A DNA stretch of 64,000 nt from NCBI GenBank assembly GCA_009602735.1, contig WELA01000598.1, forward strand, positions 51,321 through 115,320, in the 5' to 3' direction. This stretch comes from Mesotaenium endlicherianum. Taxonomy: Eukaryota. The notes under the pieces were generated by a model. That model did no database searches. It was given only the letters and a program-made list of their open reading frames with translations, and had not been told where the DNA came from. How positions within the stretch are numbered: the first letter of the stretch is position 1; every line of letters starts with the position of its first letter. Both the position numbers and the translations under genes were made by a program. Of this stretch, positions 10,135 through 22,100 are shown one piece after another.

Positions 10135-13100
10135 TCAAGTGGGCTCTGGCTCCCAAGTGTTGTCGTCCGCATGGTAGCTTTTCCACTTGACCAGATACTT
10201 CTTTACTAATCGTTGACGTCGCTTGACTCGTCGATCGCCGACTATCGCCTCGACTTCATACTCCAACACATCATCGATCTTGACTGGTGGTGGCGTTGTC
10301 GGTAGTCGTCGTGGATGTCCTTCATTCGGGTCAACATATGGCTGCAAACAACTGACATGGAACACATCATGGATACGCCAGCCTGAAGGAAGTTCCAACT
10401 TGTAGGTCATAGGATTAACCTGCTTGAGCACCACAAAGGGACCTGTAAACCGTGCCCGCAGTTTCCTCTAGCCTGTGAAAGGTAGGTTCTCTGTTGACAA
10501 GAGTACTTTGTCGCCCACATGGAATGTCACTTCTCTCCGATGCTTATTAGCATGCTTGACCTGCTCCTCTTGTGCCTTCCGTATAGACGTCTTAGCCATG
10601 TCCCAAGTCTTGGCCATCTGCTTTATAAACGCTTGTGTAGTAGGAACCTGAGTCTCCTTGGCCTTCTCCAACAAGATGTTCCTTGGATGATATACTTCTC
10701 TCCCATAAACCATAGCGAATGGTGACTGCTTGGTGGATCCCTGCATGCTGTTGTTGTAGGCAAACTCCAATCCTGGCAGCTTCTTGTCCCACTCTGAAGG
10801 GTCGTCCATAGTGAAACTCCTGAGCACCTCTTGCAGAGTTCCGTTGAGCCTCTCACTCTGCCCGTCTGTCGGAGGATGATATGAAGTGCTCATACTTAGC
10901 TTGGTCCCCATCAAAGTAAACAATGATCGCCAAAAGTTGCTAGTAAACCTTGGATCCCGATCTAAACCAATCACCTTTGGCAACCCATGTAACCTGAAAA
11001 TATGATCAAAGAATAGCCGTGCCACATCTGCTACCGTAGAAGTCTCTTTCATGGGAATGAAGTGAGCCATCTTGCTGAGCCGATCAGACACAATCCAAAC
11101 TGCATCGTGCCCTTGGCCACTCACTGGTAACGACGTGATGAAGTCCATAGCAGTCTGCTCCCAAGGATACTCTGGAATAGGTAGGAGTTGCAAGGTACCT
11201 CCCTTTTTTTGATTTGGTGCCTTGTTACGCTAACACGCATCGCAACTCTTGATCCACTCCTCGATGTCCTTGTCCATATTTCTCCAATAGTACTCTCGCT
11301 TCAGCACGCTTGCCGTCTTCTTGCATCCAAAGTGTCCAAGCATATAAGCAATCATGCAAATAGTAGGTCGCGTAGCTCCTTGATGTCAGGTACCACCACT
11401 CTCTTGGAATCAGCATAATACCATATGCCGTCCTTCTTCTGCATACTCGAGTTGGACTCAGCTGCTCCACAATTGACAAACTCCGGGTCATCTTCATAAC
11501 CTCTCTGAAGCTTAACCTTGAAGTCCATGCTCTCCTTCATGACTGAGACAGCTGCAAGGTCACACCTCCTGGATAAAGCGTCTGCAGGGTTGATCTTCCC
11601 AGGTAAGTACTCAATCTTGTGGTCAAATTGTTGCAGAAACTCCATCCACCTTGCCTGTCTTGGTGTCAATGTTGGCTGCGTCACAAACTTCTCCAAGCTC
11701 TTGTGGTCGGTGTTGATGAACACCTTGCGGCCGTCCTCATAGCATCGCCAAATCCTCAAAGCCTGGATAATAGCCAACATCTCCCGCTCGTGTGTGCTGC
11801 ATAATTCTGCTCAGCAGGACTCAACTTCCTGCTTTCGTATGCCACAGGTTACAATCCTTTACCCTGGTCTTGGAGAAGAATGGCTCCCACTGCAAAGTTT
11901 GATGCGTACGTGATGATGGAGAAAGGAAGCTCTGGACTTGCAATAGCCAACACAGGTGCCTGTGTCAACAGCTCCTTAATCTTCTCAAAAGCTTGCTGCT
12001 CCTGGTCACCCTATAGCCACTTATCCTGCTTCTAACATGTCCGTGAGCGGTGCACACACCTTGGCAAATCCTTCAATGAAACGTCGATACTAATTCGCCA
12101 TGCCGAGGAAACTTCTGAGTTGATGAATATCAGCAAGTACTGGCCAATCTCTGACTGCTTGCACCTTCTTCTGCTCCACCTTGACTCCTTCAACTCACAC
12201 TATGTGCCCAAGAAACTCGACCTCCTTAAGACAGAGGTCGCACTTGCTCATCTTCCCATACAGCTTCTGATCTCTCAAGACCTCCAACACCTTCCTCAGA
12301 TGCTCCACATGCTCTTCCAAGGTCTTCGAATAGATTAGGATGTCGTCCAAAAATACCACCACAAATTGGTCCAAGTAGGGTCTGAATATACTATTCATGA
12401 GTCCCATGAATGTAGCAGGTGCATTAGTCAATCCAAAAGGCATGACTGTAAACTCGAATAAGCCATAACGAGTCATGAAGGCAGTCTTCTGAACGTCTCC
12501 TTCCACAATCCGTACCTGGTGATAGTCACTCCTCAAATCGATCTTCAAGAAATACTTCGTCCCGACAAGCCTGTCAATTAACTCGTCCACTCATGGAAGT
12601 GGATACCTGTTCTTGATCGTGATCTTGTTTAGCGCCCGGTAGTTGACACACATCCTCATAGTCCCATCCTTCTTCTTCACAAATAAGATTGGCGCTGCAA
12701 ATGGAGACTCGCTGGGTCGGATGAATCCATTTTCCAATAACTCTGTCAACTGCTTCTTCAACTCATCCAACTCCGCAAATGATTGTCGGTAGGCGGGTCT
12801 CACTGGCGGCTTGCTCCCTGGTTCCAACTCGATCTTGTGCTCCATAGCTCTCTGTGGAGGTAATCTTGCAGGTTGCTCCTCAGAAATATCGCACTTGAAC
12901 TCCTCCAACAGCGCCTTCATTTGGGCAGGCATCTCAGCAGGCTTCTTCTCTTGAGCAGTTGGGCTTTGATCCTTCTGAGCAAGTGAAATGAATCGACTTA
13001 CCAAATAGGCGATTAACAATTAATAAAGATCTTTATATCAGCAAGTAATCTTCTATGGATTTTCCGTTAACTAATTAAACGGTTAAGGACAACACACTAG

Positions 13101-14369
13101 CAGTGAACAATACTCGTAAATCAAATGCGAGTAAACTAGCATCAATAATGCAATCAGTAAACTCATACATAAGCAAGGTTAGAAGACAGTGCGTATCAAT
13201 GGCTTCTCGCCTTGGATTCAGTTCTCTCTCAGTCAACTGTACAAGAGAGTTGGCCTCGTTTCCGAATGCCGAACTCGAGAGCCATGCCTAGCATATGTAC
13301 ATGGAATGAGTTTACTGTTCAACGGTCAGTGCAATGGCACCGCCTACCCGGGAGTTAACCACGTTGGTAGGACCTCGGTTAACCAAATCCACCGCCATCT
13401 CCCATCATCCCGAATCGTCATCCATCATAGGGATGTAATCTGGCCATTCATCTAGCATACCACACATAGATGCATATCGAGGCAATTCGCTACTACCGAG
13501 TACGGAAGTCAGCTGGCTGTCAAAGAATGTGTCAGCAAGCTGACTTAAGCTGACTTCAGCCTGCTGCATCCGGCTGAGTCATTAAACTGATACTAAATAT
13601 ATAAAGTCCAGCAGACTGACTATTATCTAAAGTTCAGCAGGCTGAACTTAATTTACTATTATATTTAAATGAATATTATATCTACTAATATACTGATTCA
13701 TTACAGCAAGGGGATCAAACACCACTACTTGCTCCTCCGGCGATGTACATTTGCCCAGGCTGTTAGGATTCACGCTTGCTCCATCTGATGACCTGGCCAG
13801 GGCCACCGAAGCAAGGTACATCTCCTTCACCTGATTCGTCGCAGGCTCGACAAAAGACAGTTACTTGTGGTCGTATCTACCTCCACCTGTTTCGCTGTCT
13901 CCATTGGACCATCACGCCCTTGGACCTTCACTTGTCCTGTGCTCCAGTGCACTTGAGGGTTGGCTCTCCTCAGCCATGGTCGCCCCAATATTACCTCATG
14001 GTAACCTAACTCTGCTTGCTCCATAACTTCCTTACTTCGGTGCCCCGCTACTTCCACGTGGATAGCTTCCGTAGGTGCACCACACTTGAGTCTCTGCCCA
14101 TTCGCCAAAATTGCCTCTTTAGGCTCATAATGCTTCTGCACAGGGATTCGCCACTCTTTCACCAGCTTCTTGTGCACAAAACTTGCACTTGTGCCACTGT
14201 CGACCATACACTTCGCCTTGTTGCCGTCGACTACTCCTTCCACAATGATAGGCTTGTCAACGTCTCGTCCTTTGCTTCTCGGCAAGATCCTGGGGATAAC
14301 CTCCTTGTGAGTTTCCTTCTTCATGCCAGTAGACACCCCGGAACGACTTACTGGCGTCCTCCTTTTTCC
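10135..14369 (-). pseudogene. pol pseudogene: protease, RT, RNase H, integrase, chromodomain
   Basis: Motifs MVDSGTSASFV (PR); [23 protein letters not shown] and [10 protein letters not shown] (RT); TDHKSL and NPADALSR (RNase H); MDFITSLP and DGQSERLN (IN); YEVEAIV...YLVKWKSY..DDNTWEP (chromodomain). Several stops and frameshifts plus a solo-LTR insertion. Confidence 0.95.
12984..13705. mobile_element. Solo LTR of an unrelated family inserted in the chromovirus PR-RT spacer
   Basis: 722 bp; ends TGAAATGAATC...GATTCATTACA (imperfect terminal inverted repeat); 5-bp TSD GCAAG (12979-12983, 13706-13710). Removing it restores the pol frame ...[16 protein letters not shown]. Confidence 0.9.
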
Positions 14370-15361
14370 TGTTGTTGAGGTTGCTTCGCCTTCACACGAC
14401 AGTTTCGAGCCAGATGTCCAAGCTTGCCACAATCATAGCAGCTCTCGGCTTGTAATTCTGTTGCCTGCGCTAAGTCCGGACAAGTCCCAACTCCATAGGT
14501 ACTGGACCTTGACCACTTGTGCTTGGCGCTTGAGAACCAAGCTGTCGATGTCCTCCAAAGTTGTGGCTGTCCCACTGCCTCTAACTATACTCCACCGCGT
14601 TGACCCTTGTTGCCAATGCCATCATTTCTTCAAGACTGGTAGGGTCCTTGAGCGCCACTTCCTTGGCCACAGTTGGCTTAAGTCCCCTCTTGAACTTGTC
14701 CATCATCTCTGATTCGTGCATGGATGGACATTGAAACACCAGCTCGTTGAAGAGCAGAACATACTCCTGAACGCTTCCTCGTTGACAAAGGCGCACCAAT
14801 AGATCTCGAGCGGTAGCCTCAAGCGCAATAGGCTGTCAAGCCATCAAAAAGCTCATCAATGGTAGCAAGAACTCCAGACAGCTGCTCCTCTTGCTCATAC
14901 CAAGCTCTGGCACTCTTCTTCAGCAAGGTAACAACAAAGGCAACTTGCTTGTTGGGCGTGAGCGCGGAATACTCCATAAACTTCTTCACTCCAAAAATCC
15001 ATTGATGAACAGACGGCGATCCACGCCCCCCCGTATACACTTCAGGGTTAGGCGCACGCACTCCCGATGCGGGTGGAATAACTGATTGCACCACTGGTTG
15101 AAAATGGTTAGGTGGTATAGTAGGTGCAGGTGCCGAACTCGTCGAAGCAGCGTTTCCAACCACAGCTCGCACCATGCTCTCCACCTCCTGGCGCATATTT
15201 TGTTGAAACTGTGTGTAGACTTCTCCTCCAATTGCGTTTGCCATTTGCCTCAACATCGCCTGCATCTCTTGTTGCTCCCTTGACAAAGGCGGTGCCGTCT
15301 GCTCCACGCGCTCAACATGCTCGACATGTTTGCCTCCTTCAGTTGCCGACTGCGACTCCAT
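14348..15361 (-). pseudogene. gag pseudogene of chromovirus
   Basis: ORFs 14819-15361, 14581-14799 and 14348-14575 give PEVYTGG...VHQWI, QRGSVQEY...F..GLK and the CCHC knuckle CYDCGKLGHLARNC; internal stops and frameshift. Confidence 0.9.
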
Positions 15362-15384
15362 AATATAATATGCAAACTAGCCCA

Positions 15385-15396
15385 GCTCCGATGCCA
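15385..15396 (-). other. Primer-binding site (tRNA-iMet type) of chromovirus
   Basis: TGGCATCGGAGC starts 2 nt after the 5' LTR; canonical plant iMet PBS is TGGTATCAGAGC. Confidence 0.8.
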
Positions 15397-15398
15397 AA

Positions 15399-16144
15399 TG
15401 AAAGGGGCAAGGTGCCCTAGTGGAAGCGTAATGACTCACGAGGAACAAAATTAGTTGCAATCATACTAAAGAGTGCAGCAACATATCACTAAGAAAACTT
15501 AGGAAAATTACTCAGCATTTCGAGTATGAAGAAACTGCTCACAAATGGAAAAGGATGAAAGGTCTCATCATTACAAATCTGTAGAAATTTACAGAAGTGA
15601 AAACTGATCTGTAACGAAGAAGTTATGCCTATTTATAGTTTTTCTACGACGGCCGATCGTCCCTAGGAGGGAGGGCCGCTTAGCAAAGGAAATTTCTGAG
15701 TGTTCGTCAAATCGTCCCTTTCCGAATATTTGTGAGTATGCCAGATCAGCCTGATCTGACGTCGGGTCGATTTGACGTCCACATACATGCATCAACATTT
15801 CTAGAATATATTAACTTAGGCGCGCTAGGCTAGTCCGAAACTTCTAGGTAAATAGACCTAGTCGGCACTTTGCATCAGCCGAAATTACGTGAAGGTTCGA
15901 ATTCACTCTAACGGACCAGATCGCTCGACGTTGTTGGTCAATCCGACGGTCGCGCTCACCGCGAATTAAGGACAGGTGCCGACCAACCTTAAAACTAATT
16001 AAACTTCCAAAATTCATAACTATCTCAATACTTAACCAAATTTGACACACTTTATATCAAAATGACCACACTCTACAATTATATGACCTTAAAACATGTA
16101 TCTAAATGACTCAAAAATGCACTTTACAATTCTATGACCTTACA
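15399..16144 (-). repeat. 5' LTR of chromovirus
   Basis: Direct repeat of 9303-10061, followed on the minus strand by the PBS and gag ATG. Confidence 0.95.
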
Positions 16145-17726
16145 ATGCTGGTCTAGTTGGGCCTCTCGCCCTTAACCACGCTTATTAGCTCTTCACTGCA
16201 AGCTTAGACTTTCTCAATTCTTCAATGAACGTTTTCTTACTCAAAGTGTGTATTGATCCGAGATACTGTAGGTAATTAGGAGAATATTTCTAAATACGCC
16301 TAAAATAGCTCAGATCTTTACACTTAGGAATATATTTTCTTAATTACCTACAATGTAGCTCAGATCGTTACAAAGTGCTATTAGACTTTGGAGCGGGACT
16401 CACCATTTTATATGCTCGTCGCATGCTTGGGTGTTCGTTCCAATTATGCTTTACAATCTCCTAGCAAATCTAATCTGCAAGCTCTAACTTTGCGAGGGGT
16501 TCAATCCTCCTTGGAGAAATTCTAAACTGGCAAAAGCAAAAGAATCTCCAAGCATCGGTAGAAGCGTGGCTTCTCAAGCTCCTTCTGGCTTTGGGAACGC
16601 CTTTGTCCTTCACGCCCTTTCTTTCCTCTTTTTTCCTTCTTCCTTCTTCTTGGAAATGAAAATAAGAATGAAATTAAAATGTGCACTGCTCGTGCTTTGC
16701 TCACGCTCATGCATGCACGAACCTAAAACAATGCTTAGGCCAAACTTAATTCAAGTCAACGATCATTTATGTGCTACCTCGTAAAGGTTGTGTATGACTG
16801 CTTGTCATCTCAGCTCGTGACAATGCTTTCCTGGCCGTCAATACGGCCCACTATATCGTGGCAGCCTGCCGTGGCAATCCTGCTAATGGACCATATGCAC
16901 CTCAGCACTGCATGACTTGGCACGTGCTTGCATTGCCATCCCAAGCCTCGCCATTCCCCATCCAATCCACAGTGTTGAGGCTACTCTTAACTTGTCGTCT
17001 TCACTCTGCACGTGTTGCCAAGTCAGCTTGGCTTGGTCGATTGGAGTCAACAATCTCTGTGCCATACTTAGACTCGCCGTGATTTCCGCCACGCGTACCA
17101 AACCCTCATTTGTTGTAATCGCGACATAAACGCAACAACATAAATTTGGAGCTGTAAATTAGCCCTCGAAGTCATACATGTTGTGCCTAACCCCGTCAAG
17201 ATCGGGGCACGTGTGTTGATCTCCAACACGGGTGTCATCAACCCGGTTGACTTGTCGGTGGACCTTCGCAGTTCGCACGTGGGTTGTCATCTCCAAAGAC
17301 CAAATTTTGCACGTGTGTCAGTGGCAGGTTGCATCAGGCTGACCATCCGTTGGTCATCCTCCACTAGCACAAGCCAGTTTAGAGTTAGAGTCTCTTAGTG
17401 TTTTCGACACCAAGTGCTCTCTCCTAATTCTTGTTTCATAAGTTATCAATTTTTGCAAAATGTTTTTTACTCCTCAATTCTTCTTACAGTAGGACATAAG
17501 TGTCTACTTTCATACAGGCTTTCGCCCTTGTCGAATGGAGTTTCGTGGACCACAATCTAGTTTGCAAAAATCTTGTCTGGCAGATCGAACAAGAACCATA
17601 TGAATTCAAAGAAAATTCCATAAAGGCTTTTACGTAACTTTTAGTAGTCACAGTTTACAAGACTTTGAATCCTACAGCACCTATGCTGGTATAACTGAGC
17701 CTTTTGCTCTTAGCCACGTCTTTCAA

Positions 17727-17761
17727 TTTAGGGTTTAGGGTTTAGGGTTTAGGATTTAGGG
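17727..17761 (+). repeat. Interstitial plant-type telomeric repeat (TTTAGGG)x5, one variant unit
   Basis: tttaggg tttaggg tttaggg tttagga tttaggg read directly. Confidence 0.9.
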
Positions 17762-19139
17762 TTTGCAGGGTGGACTTTTCAATTCTTTATTGAGAGTTTT
17801 TTCTTGCTAGTCCTACTCTTGCAAAGTGCAATTAGGCATCCGAGACTTTTGAGAAGTTAGAAACTAATGCACATATCACCATTTTATGTGCTCTTCACTC
17901 GCTCGTGGTGTTTGTCCAAATCCTGCACTAAAATCTTCAAACATATCCTATCCGCGAGCTTCTTGCAAGCTTCTCTATCCTTCAAGCAAGTTGTCCCTTC
18001 TTGGAAACTCCTAAATTCTAACTTACTATAGTATAATGCGTGAGAACAGAGTAAAGATCTTCAAGCGTCGGCAGAAGCGTGTCTTGAACACATCTTGATG
18101 GGGTCAGCCTTGCAACTAAATGTTTGTCAATTCTTGGACATTGGGGTTGACCAGGTTCTGTGAGTAGTCACACCTCACGTGTGGCTGTCTTGACTGTCGT
18201 CCAAGGCTGAATCTGTACATGTCAGCAGGTTTGGTCGGCGGGTCAGCGTTGACCGGTTGTACCTCAGTCCTCCGTGACTTCCGTCACGCGTGTCGCGCTA
18301 TCCCAAAGTTAGCAGTCGCGACATGAATTCATGAGTTACATTGAGCTGCACGGGTTTATGTTGAGCTGACTGCGATCAAGTACGGATGTGATTCTTATCA
18401 CTTTCTCCTGCCGCTACATTTGGCTCCTGGTCGTAGGAGTGTCGCGGGCCACTATTTTTCCGTTTCTTCGCTGCCGCATGTGACTCAACATTGTATGAGA
18501 CTGCTTTGCACGGCTTTGCAGTATTATTAGGCCAATGACGGCTTTTCCACACTTAACCCCGAAAGCTGGACAGTAGTGGACGGCACGATGTCATGTGTGT
18601 AAATTTGGCGCCAAGCAACGCCAAGCATCTTGAAGGATTGTAAGGTATCCGAGCATACTCGAGGGCTGAGCGAGATGCTTGCCTTCGATCAGTATCAGAT
18701 CGGCGTCTCCGATTGCCTACAAACAACCACAACTGTCACCAGACTACTCTTCGCTGGATCAAACTGCATCCCCAACCACTCTTCCGCCAACGGACTGAAG
18801 TGACCAAGAAGATCGAGTCGGGTTTGATTGCGAGATGGACCAGTGCTAATATGCTTCAGTGGCCGGCAAGCGCCGCTTGTCAAATTACCAAACAGTGGGC
18901 TGCTGTTCCAGTCCGTTGTGTACAGCAGTGTTTAGCGTGCACAGAGCGGACTGCAACTGAGGTAGAAAGACATTGCACCAGAGACCGAGTGAGTCAGAAG
19001 ACCGTCGCAGGTGACGCTAGAGTCTGTGAATTAGTAGCCGATTCATCAGCCCCGCAAAAACAAATTTGACAAGATTGTCACTAAGAGTATTCTGTTTGAG
19101 CTAGTTAACTGTGAATCAACTCTACAGGTAGTGTACAAC

Positions 19140-22100
19140 ATGGGAAGATCACAATGGGAAGGCCTCAATGTATCACAAGAGACTTTGCTTTTGACGGAAT
19201 CCGAAGATCATAGTGAAGGAAGTAGTGTACCCGCTTCGAGTAGATGTGGACTTGCTTCTCTGCTGGATAATGATGCTTCAGAGATTGAGCGCAGGACCAG
19301 CTGCAAATCAGCAGTTTTTAGTTCCTCGAGCAAGGATGAAGATATGTGCAGCAGAGAAAGCGAGCAACCTTGCAGTCCAACATCCGTCTTGGATCCACCA
19401 GATTGGGCTAGTGTGCCGGGTCTAGAAGCTTCTCAACTTAGAGCGTTGATGAGTGTAGCCACTAAGGGTATTCTTTGGAAGCACCCTGTGAGGACAGAGA
19501 CAGCTTTCTACACATTGCACCACGGAGGAGACGTAGAAGCAGATGGCAATTGCCTTTTCACTGCACTTCAGTGCCAACTTCAGATGCCTGGTGGATCAGA
19601 AGAGATTAGGAAGACCTCAGTCCGACAATTTATTGAAGACTACCACTCCGGTGTTCTTCCAAAAGAAAGTACAGATCAGCTTATTAAGAACCTGTACACC
19701 CCGGACTTAACGTCTGGTTGGGGTGTGCACATTGTCCAGGAAGTAAAGATGCTACTGAAAAAAGATGGCAGGGAGGCATTGTCAGCTGCTCTGGAAGAGT
19801 TGATCCAATGTGGTATGAGCAGGTATGAATCCGGATGGGGTTTCTCTATTCAGTTTCTTTACCTTTTATATACTGCATGTGACCTACCCATACACGATTC
19901 ATCAACGCACAAACCTGTAGTAAATGAAACAAAAAAGAGAATACCAGTCCTTCAGCTCCAAGAGTTATGCAGTCCTCCCAGAACATGGTCCTGCACATTA
20001 AAGTAGTAAATGCCATGATAGGCTGGTTCACACAAATCAGCACTCACATTGTCCAGCTGGCATACTATAGCCCAACCACATCCACGTTAGCCTTGTGATT
20101 CATGACTGTCACCTAGAAGAGTATCGATTGCAATTACTGGGGGCATGTATATAGTAATGTACTGGGCGTGCAGTGGGGTGGGTTATAGGGGTAGAAGCAG
20201 CTATCACCTGAAACAGGGTATAGATTCCACATGAGTTGTTAAAAGCAGCACCTGGCGGCCCCCCATTAATGTGAGTGCAAGGCTGACCAGCTGGCAAGTC
20301 AAATGTAAGTCCATCACTGGGGCTGGTCTGGATATGTAGCTCGTTCTCTGGAGCTGCATGGAGAAGTGTGTGGAATCTGTACTTAGTGTGCAAAAAGGTG
20401 CCAGTGACAACAACATCATATATTTAATTTGGTCATTGTTGTGCTCTACTGTTGGACTCTGAATTGCCACCCAAAATTTTCTTAGCCGCCCTAAGGGTGC
20501 CACTTGCCTCTATCAGGCAGTCATTCCATTACTGGCAGCCTTGGACAACATGGCGAGTTCGAGGGCAATGCCGTGCTACAATTTGGATTTCTTCACATAT
20601 CTTCCATGAAGTGGTGACAGAATTCATTGCCGTATTCAGCAATGACTTCAAATTTGTGGCAGGGATCACCCCAAGGCCTGCCCTCCAACAATACATCATT
20701 CGAAAGGGAATCTGTCACTTTAGCAATTCTCACACTTGGCATCTTCTGGCTCCAGGCAAACCAGTGTGTCCAAGCTGGTCAAATGATGGTGGCCCAGGTG
20801 TGGCTGGCATGGGAATTCCGCCTCCTTTTCTCTGCTCTCATCCAGAACTAGACATAATCGGGTCAGGCACAGGCTTGACCAGTAAAAACACTCAACAAGA
20901 ACCGAATGCTCACAGCGAGGGCTTCCAGCTGCTGGTGGGAGCGCTGAAGGCTTTTTGTTGCTTATACTCCCGTATTTCCCTTTGAGGCAGAAACTGCACT
21001 GCTTCTCTGATTCTTGCTTACCTTCTGTCTGCCTTTCCCGCCCGTCTCCTCCTGCTCCAGGGAGCTTGCGGCCGAAGTGGTCTACAAGGAGCGGTGTACA
21101 GCTGTCAACGACGGGGAGAGCTGGGCCAGCTACATGTCCGTCTCTGGGAGCCCCAGCGACGAGCACGACATCATCAGCCTGCAGTACACTGAAGAGGGAC
21201 TCCTCACCATCGATGAGAACATCCAAGGGCGCGCGGCGGCCTTCGGAGACGACATCGCCATCGAGAGCCTTGCCACCGAATGCCAGCGGGAAATCTTTGT
21301 GGTACGTCTTTGCAGAGGATAGCACTGGTCTTGCTCGTGTCTTGTGACGCAAATGAGCGTGCGCTTGCTGAGATGTGGAAGCAAGGACGCATTGTCTTGC
21401 CCGTGTGTGTCTCGGCCACGGGATGCTCTGTAAGGAGCAGACAAGCTTGTGCTAAGAGGAAGGGCGGGGTATATCTAAGTTATCACCTGTGCCTTGTACG
21501 CGTTGTGCCTGCTTTTGTCCCTGATATAAAGAACTGCAACAGGGGATGGCTGACACGTGCGTGTCTGCATGGACGCATGCATGCGCATTCACCTCCTCTT
21601 GGTCTCCTTGGCCCGTGGGCTCACTTCTTGAGGGGCACCCCCCCTCCATGGCAAGCCTTGCAGTCTTCTTCCTTCTCCTTCTCCTTCTTTTCTTTCTCCT
21701 TCTTCTTCTTCATCTTGTCCTTTGTTCTCTTTTTCTCTTCTTATTCTTTGTCTTCTTTGGGGTCATATGAGCAACAAGCTGCAACCTTAATACTATTGAG
21801 TGTGCTATCTCACGTAGTCCAAGATAGTCAAGGTTCAGGCACAAGTGTCTGAAGTGTTTTGTTCGTCTTCCGTGAATCTCTCTCTCTCTCTCTGCGAGCG
21901 TGTGCAGCTGCAGGCGCACGGATCCGATGGCATGATGGTGGATGACAGCGACGATAACGACACCACCAACAACGACGACACCTCCGCGTCGTGTCTCTTC
22001 TTCTTGCCGCACGCCCCCCGGGGCAGCACCGCCGTCGCGCACCCGCCCCTCTTCCTCTTCATGAAAGGCACTGGTGAGTGCACCGCCTGCCTCCGCCTCG

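Larger units (their letters stand above)
9303..16144 (-). mobile_element. Full-length, decayed Ty3/Gypsy LTR retrotransposon (chromovirus)
   Basis: Two ~750-bp TG...CA LTRs (9303-10061, 15399-16144); 5-bp TSD ATGCT (9298-9302, 16145-16149); PBS and PPT present; gag-PR-RT-RNaseH-IN-chromodomain order. Confidence 0.97.
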
